Origin: Candidatus Krumholzibacteriia bacterium
GTDB taxonomy: Bacteria; Krumholzibacteriota; Krumholzibacteriia; LZORAL124-64-63
Assembly: GCA_036351155.1 (NCBI GenBank)
Contig: JAZBOO010000245.1
Coordinates: 1-36,595 of the forward strand
Direction of reading: 5' to 3'
DNA: 36,595 bases
Part shown: one piece after another, positions 23,337 through 32,540 of the stretch
Layout: each line of letters begins with the position of its first letter
How positions within the stretch are numbered: the first letter of the stretch is position 1
Translations under genes and position numbers: made by a program
Notes under the pieces: generated by a model
The model's database searches: none
The model's input: only the letters and a program-made list of their open reading frames with translations
Told to the model about the DNA's origin: nothing

Positions 23337-23621
23337 ATGACCAAGGCCGATATCGTTGAAGACATCGCCCAAAAAACAGGTCTGACCAAGAAGGAAGTGG
23401 CCGAGACGGTCGACCTCTTCCTCGACAAGATCGGCAGCCTGCTGGTGGAAGGACGGCATCTGGAAATTCGCGGTTTCGGGACCTTCAAGGTGAAGGAGCG
23501 CAAGGAGCGGATGGCCCGAAATCCCCGGACCGGAGAAGCTGTGCCTGTCCCATCACGCAAGGTGCCCGTCTTCAAGGTCTCCAAGATGCTGAAAGACAAG
23601 GTGGCCGGCGCGGAAGCCTGA
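23337..23621 (+). CDS. HU/IHF-beta family histone-like DNA-binding protein
   Basis: MTKADIV..., LEIRGFGTF, RMARNPRTGE and VPVFKVSK.LK. Confidence 0.96.
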   Translation: MTKADIVEDIAQKTGLTKKEVAETVDLFLDKIGSLLVEGRHLEIRGFGTFKVKERKERMARNPRTGEAVPVPSRKVPVFKVSKMLKDKVAGAEA

Positions 23622-23692
23622 CCCAGGAATTGTCTGCTACTCAGGTGAGCATCGCCCACACGCTGGTGCCGGTAGCGGGCCGCGAAGTTTGA

Positions 23693-23736
23693 ACAAGAAC
23701 CGGTAACCCCGATCAATCCTGGGAGCCGGTTCTTGT
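23693..23736 (+). terminator. Hairpin downstream of the HU/IHF gene
   Basis: ACAAGAACCGG/CCGGTTCTTGT 11-bp stem with a 22-nt partly paired loop; weak U-tract. Confidence 0.5.
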
Positions 23737-23775
23737 CATGTTCCCCTCATGTTCCTCAACTCGAGGTCTGTTGAA

Positions 23776-24819
23776 ATGATTTCCCAGCCGCCAATTTTCG
23801 ATCTGCGGAGCGACACCATCACGCGCCCCACCCCGGCCATGCTCGAGGCCATGATGCACGCTGAAGTCGGGGACGATGTTTGGGGTGACGACCCGACCAT
23901 CAATGCCCTGCAGGATCGCATGGCCGCCTTGCTGGGTAAGGAAGCCGCCCTGTTTGTCCCCAGCGGCACCATGGGCAACCAGCTGGCCCTGGCGGCCCAG
24001 ACGCGTCCCGGTGACCAGATCATCGTGGAGGATGGGGCGCACATCTATCGTTACGAAGGTGGGGCCCCCGCCGGATTGAACGGTCTGCTGGTGACCTGTA
24101 TCAAGGCCCCGGGGGGGCTGCTGGACTGGTCGCTGATCGCCCCGGCCATCAATCCTCCCGATGTCCATTCGGCCCCCTGTTCCGTGATCTGCCTGGAGAA
24201 CACCCACAACCGGGCGGGTGGTCGTATCCTGCCCCAGGACCAGGTGGTCGAGATGGCCGAGGAGGCCCACGCTCGTGGACTGAAAGTCCACCTGGATGGA
24301 GCCCGCCTCTGGCACACCCATGTGGCCACCGGCCTTTCTCTGGCCGAACTGGTGGCGCCGGTGGATACCGTCAGTCTCTGTTTCTCCAAGGCCCTGGGCG
24401 CGCCCGTGGGATCCATTCTGGTGGGTGACGAGCCGACCATTGCGCGGGCCTATCGTTACCGCAAGATGTGGGGCGGCGGCATGCGGCAGGCGGGATATCT
24501 GGCTGCGGCCTGCCTTTTCGCTCTGGATCATCATGTGGCCCGCCTCGCCGATGACCACGCCTTTGCCCGCAGCCTCGCTTCCGGGCTTGCCAGCAGCCGT
24601 CTGGCCGTCAATCATCCGGTGGATACCAATATTGTCATCTTCGATGTGGACGCCCCGGGGGGCGAACATTCCCTGGTGACCCACCTGGAACGGCAGGGTG
24701 TGCTGGCCGTGGGGTTCGGCGCGGGCAGGGTGCGGTTGATTCCCCACCTGGACACGCCTCTCGCGGCCCGGGAGCATGTGCTGAACGCCTTGAATTCCTT
24801 CACGGGAGAGGTTTCTTGA
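23776..24819 (+). CDS. ltaE: Low-specificity L-threonine aldolase
   Basis: Motifs DLRSDT, VGDDV, PSGTMGN, LENTHN, HLDGARL, CFSKALGAPVGS (PLP Lys) and GGGMRQAG. Confidence 0.95.
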   Translation: MISQPPIFDLRSDTITRPTPAMLEAMMHAEVGDDVWGDDPTINALQDRMAALLGKEAALFVPSGTMGNQLALAAQTRPGDQIIVEDGAHIYRYEGGAPAGLNGLLVTCIKAPGGLLDWSLIAPAINPPDVHSAPCSVICLENTHNRAGGRILPQDQVVEMAEEAHARGLKVHLDGARLWHTHVATGLSLAELVAPVDTVSLCFSKALGAPVGSILVGDEPTIARAYRYRKMWGGGMRQAGYLAAACLFALDHHVARLADDHAFARSLASGLASSRLAVNHPVDTNIVIFDVDAPGGEHSLVTHLERQGVLAVGFGAGRVRLIPHLDTPLAAREHVLNALNSFTGEVS

Positions 24820-26162
24820 AAATCGTCATCATCGGGGCCGGGGCCGTGGGATTCGAACTGGCCCGTACCATCAGCCGGCGCGAACACGACGTGATCCTGG
24901 TCGAAAAGACGCAGGAAAAAATCGACCGCGCGGCCGAGCACGTGGATTGCCACTTCGTCATGGGCAGCGGGGTCAGTCCCGAGGTCCTGCGCAAAATCGG
25001 GATGACCGACTGTGATCTGTTCGCCGCGGTGACCGACCGGGACGAGGTGAACATCATCGCCTGCCAGACGGCTCACGCGCTGGGAGCGCGCGTGAAGGTG
25101 GCGCGGGTCCGGCAGGAGGATTACTACGAGGATCACCGGCTGATACTCGATGGTGTCGATCTGGCCATCAACCCGGATCACGAGGCCGTCCACGCCATCC
25201 GCATGGTCCTGTTCCAGACGGGCGCCAACGAGGTGCACGAGTTTGCCGGCGGCAAGGTGCGAATCAGCGGGGCCCGTGTCGAAAAGGGATCGACGGTGGA
25301 GGGGCTGACCCTGGCCGAGATCAACCGTCAGCTGGGAACCCGCATCGCCCTGGTGACGACCATCGTGCGGGGTGAGGAGACCCTCATTCCCCGGGGAGAC
25401 ACGCGCATCATGGCCGATGACCAGGTGTTTCTGGCCGGCCGCCGGGCCACCGTGGACCGCAGCCTCATCTACTTCCGGGCCATGACCCGCAAGCTGGGCA
25501 AGGTCATGATCGTCGGCGCCAATGCCATGGGGCGCGAACTGGCCCGGGACCTGATGTCGGCCGGGGTCAAGGTCAAGCTCATCGACCGCAACGAGGACAA
25601 GTGCCGCCTGGCCAGCGAAAACCTGCGCCATGCCCTGGTGCTGCACGGCAACGGCACCGACAGCAACCTGCTGGAGAACGAGGGGGTGGCCGACATGGAC
25701 GGCTTCGTCTCGGTCAGCCGGGACGAGGAAACGAACATCATGGCCTGTCTGCTGGCACGTCATCTGGGGGCGGCCAAGACCGTGTGTCTGGTCAACCGGC
25801 CCGATTACGTGCCCTTGCTGCCCATCCTGGGTGTGGATTCGGCCATCTCGCCGCGGCTTTCCACCTCCGCCTGGATTGCGCGATTCGTCAAGCGAGGGGC
25901 CGTGATCAGTGCCGAAAGTCTGGGTTACAGCGGGTCGGAAATTCTGCAGCTGCGCGTGGGCAAGGGCTGCCCCTGGCTGGGCAATCCTCTGAAGGAACTG
26001 CCCTTTCCCTCCGATGCCGTCATCGGTGCCGTGCTCAAGCACGGCCAGGTCCTGACGCCCCGGGGCGATACCATTTTACGCGCCGGAGACGAGGTGGTGG
26101 TGTTCGCATTGTCGGGGAGCGCCACGGCTGTCGAGGACTTCTTCGCGGGCGGGGAAAGTTGA
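24816..26162 (+). CDS. trkA: Trk K+ uptake regulatory subunit
   Basis: 448 aa with two RCK_N/RCK_C units; IIGAGAVG, DEVNI and DEETNIMACLLA; adjacent to trkH. Confidence 0.95.
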   Translation: MKIVIIGAGAVGFELARTISRREHDVILVEKTQEKIDRAAEHVDCHFVMGSGVSPEVLRKIGMTDCDLFAAVTDRDEVNIIACQTAHALGARVKVARVRQEDYYEDHRLILDGVDLAINPDHEAVHAIRMVLFQTGANEVHEFAGGKVRISGARVEKGSTVEGLTLAEINRQLGTRIALVTTIVRGEETLIPRGDTRIMADDQVFLAGRRATVDRSLIYFRAMTRKLGKVMIVGANAMGRELARDLMSAGVKVKLIDRNEDKCRLASENLRHALVLHGNGTDSNLLENEGVADMDGFVSVSRDEETNIMACLLARHLGAAKTVCLVNRPDYVPLLPILGVDSAISPRLSTSAWIARFVKRGAVISAESLGYSGSEILQLRVGKGCPWLGNPLKELPFPSDAVIGAVLKHGQVLTPRGDTILRAGDEVVVFALSGSATAVEDFFAGGES

Positions 26163-27607
26163 ACCTCCTGGCGGTCATCAAGGTCCTGGGCTTCCTCCTG
26201 CTGGTGACGGCGGGATGCCTCCTGTTGCCCGCTCTGGTGGCGCTCATCTACGGTGAGGGTGATTGGCCTTATTTCCTGGCGGCCAGCGGCATCGGGGTGC
26301 TGGTGGGAGGCTCGACCCTTCTGCTTTTGCGGGACACACCGGAACTGCGCGTGCGTGAAGGTTTTGCCGTGGTGGCGTTCGGCTGGCTGGTCGTGGGCCT
26401 GCTGGGTGCGCTGCCCTTCTGGTTGAGCGGGCAAATTCCCTCGTTCACCGATGCAGCCTTCGAGAGCATCAGCGGATTCACGACCACCGGGGCCTCCATC
26501 CTGACGGATATCGAAGGCCGATCGCACGGCACCCTGTTCTGGCGCGCCTTGACGCACTGGCTGGGGGGCATGGGAATCGTGCTGCTGGCCCTGGCCATTC
26601 TCCCTCTGCTGGGAGTGGGCGGCATGCAGCTGTTTCGGGCCGAGGTCCCGGGCCCTGTGGCCGAGCGTTTGACCCCTCGCATCCGGGAAACGGCCAAGCT
26701 GCTGTGGATGGTTTACGGGGCGTTGACCCTGGCCGAAACCGTGGCCTTGTTGCTGGCCGGCATGAACCTCTTCGACGCCGTCTGTCATTCCTTCGCCACC
26801 ATGGCCACCGGCGGGTTCAGCAACCACAATTCCAGCGTGGGTGGGTACAACAACCCGGCGGTGGAATGGGTGATCATCGTGTTCATGTTCCTGGCCGGAG
26901 CCAACTTCTCATTGCATTACCTGGCCTTGACCGGGCGTATCCGGGCCTATGCCAGGGACGAGGAGTTCCGGTTCTACGGGGCCATCGTTCTGGGGGCTAC
27001 CCTCCTGATCGCTGCCGCCCTCATCATGGGGCAGCACTATCCCGACGTGGGGACCACCGTCCGCGCTTCCTTGTTCCAGGTGGTGTCCATTTTGACGACC
27101 ACCGGTTTCGGCACGGCCGATTACCTGCTGTGGCCTCCGGTCGCGCATGTGATCCTGCTGGTGCTGATGTCCGTGGGAGGCTGCGCCGGGTCCACCGGCG
27201 GCGGCATCAAGGTCATGCGGGTGCTCATCCTGTTGAAGCATGCCCGGCTGGAAATGAAGAAGATGCTGCATCCCCGGGGCATCTATACCTTGTGGTTCAA
27301 CGACCGGCCGGTGTCACCCGCCTTGCAGACCAACGTCCTGGGGTTCTTTCTGCTTTTTGCCTCGGTCTACGTGCTGGGGGTGTTGCTGCTGGCGATGGGC
27401 GGACGCGATATCGTCACCAGCGTGGGGGCCACGGCCGCCACCCTGGGCAACATCGGACCCGGTCTGGGCGAGGTGGGGCCGGCCTGCAATTACGGCGGCC
27501 TTTTTCCCTGGGAAAAATGGCTGCTGGTCATGTTCATGTTGATCGGACGGCTGGAGATCTTCACCGTTCTGGTTTTGTTGCTGCCTGAAGCGTGGCGCAA
27601 GAGTTGA
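26159..27607 (+). CDS. trkH: Trk K+ uptake membrane subunit
   Basis: Four pore loops (FTTTGAS, MATGGFS, TTTGFG, LGNIGPG) plus GSTGGGIK and GRLEI. True start is TTG 26159, overlapping the trkA stop. Confidence 0.96.
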   Translation: MNLLAVIKVLGFLLLVTAGCLLLPALVALIYGEGDWPYFLAASGIGVLVGGSTLLLLRDTPELRVREGFAVVAFGWLVVGLLGALPFWLSGQIPSFTDAAFESISGFTTTGASILTDIEGRSHGTLFWRALTHWLGGMGIVLLALAILPLLGVGGMQLFRAEVPGPVAERLTPRIRETAKLLWMVYGALTLAETVALLLAGMNLFDAVCHSFATMATGGFSNHNSSVGGYNNPAVEWVIIVFMFLAGANFSLHYLALTGRIRAYARDEEFRFYGAIVLGATLLIAAALIMGQHYPDVGTTVRASLFQVVSILTTTGFGTADYLLWPPVAHVILLVLMSVGGCAGSTGGGIKVMRVLILLKHARLEMKKMLHPRGIYTLWFNDRPVSPALQTNVLGFFLLFASVYVLGVLLLAMGGRDIVTSVGATAATLGNIGPGLGEVGPACNYGGLFPWEKWLLVMFMLIGRLEIFTVLVLLLPEAWRKS

Positions 27608-27636
27608 TTCTATCGGAAAACCAAGGGGAAGGACTG

Positions 27637-28506
27637 ATGGTGTACCCGGAACTGGAACGGCCTGAATGGGCACTGGAACCTTCGGTGGCGGCGGCGGGTG
27701 CCGTGGCCTTCATTCGTGACATCACCGCGGCGGCGGGCATGGACCAGCTGGTGGTGGGTCTCAGCGGCGGCATCGATTCGGCTGTGGCGGCCGGGTTGGC
27801 CGTCAAGGCCCTGGGATCCGAGAAAGTGCTGGGGATCATGATGCCCTACGCCACCAGCAGCGCGGCTTCTTTGACCGACGCCCAGGCGGTGGCGGAGTCT
27901 CTGGGGATGAAAACCGAAAAAGTGGACATCACTCCCCTGGCCAATCCTTTCCTGGATGGTATTCCCACCGATCAGCAGGTGCGCCGCGGCAACATCATGG
28001 CCAGGTGCCGCATGATGGTTCTCTATGATCGGTCGGCCCGCGACGGGTCCCTGGTGCTGGGCACCGGCAACCGCACCGAAGGGCTGCTGGGTTACACCAC
28101 CATGTTCGGGGACAACGCCTGTGCCCTGAACCCCATCGGCCAGCTGTACAAGACGGAAGTCCGGCTGCTGTCCGCCTGGCTGGAACTCCCGGCCAGCGTG
28201 CTCATCAAGGCCCCGAGCGCGGACCTGTGGGAAGGTCAGTCCGACGAGGATGAGCTGGGCTTCACCTATGCCGAGGTGGATCACCTGCTGCATCACATGA
28301 TCGACGAGGGGCTGGCCGACCGACAGCTGGCCTCTCTGGGATTCGGCGCGGAGATGGTGACCAGGGTGCGGCAGCGGGTCCGGGCCATGGCCTTCAAGCG
28401 TCAGCTGGCGCCGGTGGCCTCCATGGAAGGGCGGCCCGATCCGGATGCCCTGGCGAGCACCCCGGAAGAGACTCCCGACGATTTCAAGGATGGGGGCTTC
28501 CATTGA
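27637..28506 (+). CDS. nadE: NH3-dependent NAD+ synthetase (no glutaminase domain)
   Basis: GLSGGIDSA, GNIMARCRM, GTGNRTE..LGYTT.FGD, PI..LYKTEV and KAPSADLW.GQSDEDELG. Confidence 0.95.
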   Translation: MVYPELERPEWALEPSVAAAGAVAFIRDITAAAGMDQLVVGLSGGIDSAVAAGLAVKALGSEKVLGIMMPYATSSAASLTDAQAVAESLGMKTEKVDITPLANPFLDGIPTDQQVRRGNIMARCRMMVLYDRSARDGSLVLGTGNRTEGLLGYTTMFGDNACALNPIGQLYKTEVRLLSAWLELPASVLIKAPSADLWEGQSDEDELGFTYAEVDHLLHHMIDEGLADRQLASLGFGAEMVTRVRQRVRAMAFKRQLAPVASMEGRPDPDALASTPEETPDDFKDGGFH

Positions 28507-29231
28507 CCCTCGACGGTCAGCTCACCGTGACCCTGCCGGAGGTGGATTTTCCCGCCGGGCTGTGTCATTTCGTGGCCACGCCCATCGGCAACCTGGCCGA
28601 TGTGGGGCTGCGTGCTCTGGCCGTCCTGGCGGCGGCCGAGGTGGTCTATGCCGAGGACACCCGTCACACGCGCCGTCTGCTGGATCGCTACGGCCTGAAG
28701 TGTCGACTGTTCAGCTACCACGATCACAACAAGGCCCAGGTGGTGCCGCGCATCGTGGCGGGATTGCAGGCCGGGGAAAAGGTGGCCATCGTCAGCGATG
28801 CGGGCATGCCCTGCATCAACGATCCGGGTTTCTCCCTGGTGAAGGCGCTGCTGGCGGCCGACTTGCCCTGGACGGTGATCCCCGGGCCCAGCAGCACCCT
28901 GGCGGCTCTGGTGCTGTCGGGGTTTTCACCTGACCGTTTCCTCTTCATGGGGTATCTTCCCCGCAAGAAGGGACAGCGGAAGAGCACCTTGGCCGAGGCG
29001 CTGAACGACCCCGGGACCGTGATTTTTCTGGAGAGCTGTCACCGGATCGCCTCGACCCTGGAGATCCTGGCCGAGATTGCGCCGGAGCGGCGCGTGGCCA
29101 TTGCCCGTGAGATCACCAAGCTGCACGAGGAGACCCTGCGGGGCACGGCCCCCGAGCTGGTGCCCCTGATGACGGGCAAGCGGCTCAAGGGAGAGCTGGT
29201 GCTGGTGCTGGAAGGTATGAAAAAACCCTGA
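28503..29231 (+). CDS. rsmI: 16S rRNA (cytidine1402-2'-O)-methyltransferase
   Basis: VATPIGNL, AEDTR, VSDAGMP.INDPG, IPGPS, FLES.HR, REITK.HEE and KGELVLV. Confidence 0.95.
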   Translation: MTLDGQLTVTLPEVDFPAGLCHFVATPIGNLADVGLRALAVLAAAEVVYAEDTRHTRRLLDRYGLKCRLFSYHDHNKAQVVPRIVAGLQAGEKVAIVSDAGMPCINDPGFSLVKALLAADLPWTVIPGPSSTLAALVLSGFSPDRFLFMGYLPRKKGQRKSTLAEALNDPGTVIFLESCHRIASTLEILAEIAPERRVAIAREITKLHEETLRGTAPELVPLMTGKRLKGELVLVLEGMKKP

Positions 29232-29277
29232 CCTTGCCCATGCCGCCTGAAGCGCCATGGGCAAGCCTGGAGGAACC

Positions 29278-29940
29278 ATGGATTTTGCCCAGTTCAAGAA
29301 GGATTTTCGGGACCGCTTGCGGCCTCTGATCCTGGCCCTCGACACCATGGGCTTGACCCCGCTGGCGGTGTCCCTGATCGGGCTGGTGATCACTGCGCTC
29401 AGCGGCTGGATCATCGCCACGGGCGCTCTGTTTCTGGGGGCCCTGGTCTTCCTGATCGGATCGGGCTTCGACATGCTCGACGGCGACCTGGCACGGCTTC
29501 AGGGCACGGTCTCCAGGCGGGGTGCGTTCCTGGATTCCTGTTTCGACCGCCTGGGCGAGGCCTTCCTCTTTGCCGGGCTGACCTGGTACTTCGCGGGATT
29601 GCCCCGGGGTGAGGGGCAGCTGGCTCTGCTGCTCATCACCGGTACGGTGGTCGGCAGCCTGACCACCAGTTACGTGCGGGCACGGGCCGAAGGAGTGGGC
29701 GAAACCTGCTTCGTGGGCTTCCTGCAGCGGACCGAGCGAGTTATCCTGCTGACGGCGGGCCTGTTGCTCGGACGCTGGGCCCTGGTCCCGGTGCTCGGGT
29801 TCCTGGCCATTGCCACCCTGGCCACCACCGTGCAGCGGATCGTCCACGTGGCCGCCAAGCTGCCCGGCCCGGAACCGAAATCGGCCCGTCCCATCACACC
29901 CGAGAACGATACTGATGATCAAGCCGGGGATGGTGTTTGA
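29278..29940 (+). CDS. CDP-alcohol phosphatidyltransferase (phosphatidylinositol-phosphate-synthase-like subfamily possible)
   Basis: Signature DMLDGDLAR...GAFLDSCFD plus SYVRARAEG and RTER; RBS GGAGG before ATG 29278. Confidence 0.9.
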   Translation: MDFAQFKKDFRDRLRPLILALDTMGLTPLAVSLIGLVITALSGWIIATGALFLGALVFLIGSGFDMLDGDLARLQGTVSRRGAFLDSCFDRLGEAFLFAGLTWYFAGLPRGEGQLALLLITGTVVGSLTTSYVRARAEGVGETCFVGFLQRTERVILLTAGLLLGRWALVPVLGFLAIATLATTVQRIVHVAAKLPGPEPKSARPITPENDTDDQAGDGV

Positions 29941-30602
29941 TGTCTCCCCACCGCGGTGAGCCGGTCGACCTCGGTCTGCTGATCACTTTCGAGGGCCCCG
30001 AGGGGAGCGGCAAGTCCACCCTGATCAAGGCCCTGGCCGAGATGATGGCCGCCAAGGGTGAGCAACCTCTGGTCCTGCGCGAGCCGGGCGGGACGGAAAT
30101 CGGCGAGCGGATCCGGAACATTCTTCTGGATCCTGCGTCTGATGCCATGTGTGCCGAAACGGAATTGCTGCTCATGGAAGCGAGCCGCGCCCAGCTGGTG
30201 CGCGAGAAGATCAATCCGGCCATCGAAGCGGGAATGATCATTCTGTGCGACCGCTTTGCCGATGCCTCGGTGGCCTACCAGGGGTTCGGACGCGGGCTGG
30301 GAGAGAAGAAGGTCGAGGACCTCAACGCGTTCGCCCTGGGTGGACGGGAACCCGATTTGACCTTTTTGTGTATGTTGCCTCCTGCCGAAGGGCAGGCTCG
30401 TCTGGTGAACCGTGCTACCGACCGGCTGGACCAGGAAACGGCCGAGTTCCACCAGAGGGTGTACGAGGGTTATCTGAGCATGGCTCATTCCGGGGCCCAG
30501 CGTTTCCGGGTGATCGACGCCTCGGCTGATCCCGAGGCCATGCTGGACCAGGCTCTGACCTTCTTGAAAAGGTTGGAACACGGATTGCTTAAATATCTAT
30601 AA
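29940..30602 (+). CDS. tmk: Thymidylate kinase
   Basis: FEGPEGSGKST, REPGGT, CDRF.DASVAYQG.GRG and DRLDQE..EFH. Confidence 0.96.
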   Translation: MSPHRGEPVDLGLLITFEGPEGSGKSTLIKALAEMMAAKGEQPLVLREPGGTEIGERIRNILLDPASDAMCAETELLLMEASRAQLVREKINPAIEAGMIILCDRFADASVAYQGFGRGLGEKKVEDLNAFALGGREPDLTFLCMLPPAEGQARLVNRATDRLDQETAEFHQRVYEGYLSMAHSGAQRFRVIDASADPEAMLDQALTFLKRLEHGLLKYL

Positions 30603-30685
30603 GAACGGGACGAATAGAGAAAAGACCCCCGACCGGGCTTTCCGAATATTTTCCGTATTTTCCCGCCAAGAGCGAAGGGACCGTT

Positions 30686-32455
30686 ATGTTTGACCACTGT
30701 GCGACCAGTTTTCGCGCCCCTGTTTTTGCCCGATTCTGGCTGATGCTGGCCCTGTTTTGCCTGCTGACCCCCATGGTGGCCACCGCCCAGGGGCCGGCCA
30801 CGCTGGTGGAGGAAACTGCGGACAAGCCCAAGGATCCGGCCACCAGACGCCGTGAATTCTATGACAATCTCAAGTTGCTGGGGGATGTCTACGAGCGCAT
30901 CCTGAACAACTACGTGGACGAAAAAGACGCCCACGAGGTCATGGAAGCAGGCGTCAAGGGCATGCTGGACGCCCTGGACGAGCACAGCAGCTACCTGCCC
31001 CCGGTGAACTACGAGGATCTCATGATGAGCACCGAGGGAGAGTTTGGCGGACTGGGCATCAGCATCCAGCCCCGCGACCACTATCCCACCGTGGTGTCGC
31101 CCATCGAGGGGACGCCGGCTTTTTACATGGGAATTCAGGGGGGTGACCAGATCATCGAGATCGAGGGTGAATCGTCCTACGATTTTTCCAGCCGCGATGC
31201 GGTGAAGCTGCTGCGGGGCACGCCCGGCACCAAGGTGAACATCACCATCAAGCGGCCGGGTGTGGAAGCCCCCATGCCGTTCACCATCACGCGGGACATC
31301 ATCAAGATCGAAAGTGTGCCCTACGGGTTCATGATCGGTGATATCGGCTACATCCGGGTGCAGAACTTTGCCCGCACCACGCGCGACGAACTCAAGGCCA
31401 AGCTGGACGACCTCACGGCCCAGAACATGCGTGGCCTGATCCTGGACCTGCGGTTCAATCCGGGGGGCCTGCTGATGGCGGCCCAGGAAGTGAGCGAGCT
31501 GTTTCTGGAGCGGGACAAGCTCATCGTGTTCACCAAGGGACGGTTGCGCGAGCAGAACCAGAGTTATTACAGCGAGGCCCGGGGCGAGGTTTACAACAAG
31601 GTGCCCATGGTCGTCATGATCAACGGCAGCTCGGCCTCGGCCAGTGAGATCGTCTCGGCAGCGATCCAGGACCATGACGCCGGTCTGGTGGTGGGACGCA
31701 CCAGCTTCGGCAAGGGGTCGGTGCAGACCGTGTTCCGGCTGGACGAGGACGAGGCCCTCAAGCTGACCACGGCCCGATACTACACGCCCAGCGGGCGATC
31801 TATCCACAAGGAGCGGCCCCGCCACCCCGACACCGAGGCCATGGCTGAAGCGATGGCCGCCGGTGCCGACGCGCCCGAGCTGGACCCCGATCCGGCGGAC
31901 AAGGAAATGGAACGCTTCAACAAGGAAAAGTACTACACCGACAGTGGCCGCGTGGTCTACGGGGGGGGCGGCATCACGCCCGACATCGAAATTGAGCAGG
32001 ATCTCCTGACCGACTTCGAGGTGGCCGTGGAACGGGACGGCGCCCTGTTCAGCTTTGCCGTGGAGTACGCCAACGAGCACACCGGCATCACTTCCGAATG
32101 GCAGGTTTCGGATGAAACCTATGCGGCCTTCAAGAGCCATCTGAAGGAACGGGAAAAGATCGAGGAGTACCTGGGAGTCTTCGAGATGTCCCTCAGCGAC
32201 TCCCTGCTGGATGCGAACAGCACCTTCCTGAAGCGTGGTATCCGCCGGGAGATGGCGCGTCGTCAGGCGGGCCCCGAGGCGGCTTACCGGGTGGCCATCG
32301 AAGCCGACACCCAGCTGGACGAGGTGCTGGACCTGTTCAAACGGGCGCGGACCCTGCCCGAACTGCTGGCGGCGGCCGAAGAGTGGAACACCCAGCAGCT
32401 GGAGCAGCTGGCCATCGAGGATTCCAAGAAAACGGATGAGACGGTGAAGAACTGA
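30686..32455 (+). CDS. ctpA: Carboxy-terminal processing protease, S41A family (PDZ plus peptidase)
   Basis: Signal peptide; GEFGGLGI (PDZ), DLRFNPGGLL, catalytic SASASEI and FGKGSVQ, and TTARYYTPSGRSI. Confidence 0.94.
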   Translation: MFDHCATSFRAPVFARFWLMLALFCLLTPMVATAQGPATLVEETADKPKDPATRRREFYDNLKLLGDVYERILNNYVDEKDAHEVMEAGVKGMLDALDEHSSYLPPVNYEDLMMSTEGEFGGLGISIQPRDHYPTVVSPIEGTPAFYMGIQGGDQIIEIEGESSYDFSSRDAVKLLRGTPGTKVNITIKRPGVEAPMPFTITRDIIKIESVPYGFMIGDIGYIRVQNFARTTRDELKAKLDDLTAQNMRGLILDLRFNPGGLLMAAQEVSELFLERDKLIVFTKGRLREQNQSYYSEARGEVYNKVPMVVMINGSSASASEIVSAAIQDHDAGLVVGRTSFGKGSVQTVFRLDEDEALKLTTARYYTPSGRSIHKERPRHPDTEAMAEAMAAGADAPELDPDPADKEMERFNKEKYYTDSGRVVYGGGGITPDIEIEQDLLTDFEVAVERDGALFSFAVEYANEHTGITSEWQVSDETYAAFKSHLKEREKIEEYLGVFEMSLSDSLLDANSTFLKRGIRREMARRQAGPEAAYRVAIEADTQLDEVLDLFKRARTLPELLAAAEEWNTQQLEQLAIEDSKKTDETVKN

Positions 32456-32480
32456 TCTTGCCGGAACATCCTGGCATCTG

Positions 32481-32516
32481 AAAAGGCCGGCCCCCTATGG
32501 AGCCGGCCTTTCTCTT
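32481..32516. terminator. Bidirectional intrinsic terminator
   Basis: AAAGGCCGGC-N10-GCCGGCCTTT with flanking A/T runs, between convergent ctpA and SPFH genes. Confidence 0.8.
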
Positions 32517-32540
32517 GTCGGGAACCGGTGACCCTCGCTC

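Noticed and set aside
23622..23775. Possible glycine riboswitch or tRNA ahead of ltaE (contains CTCAGGT)
   Set aside because: Lacks the GGAGA and CCGAAG elements of the glycine aptamer, and shows no cloverleaf or T-loop. Only a terminator-like hairpin is supported.
25601..26158. Apparent 186-aa N-terminal extension of TrkH (similarly for amrA 1387-1842 and the site-2 protease 20981-21217)
   Set aside because: Overlaps the upstream gene in another frame and is low-complexity Arg/Gly/Pro sequence; the true starts are at the gene junctions.
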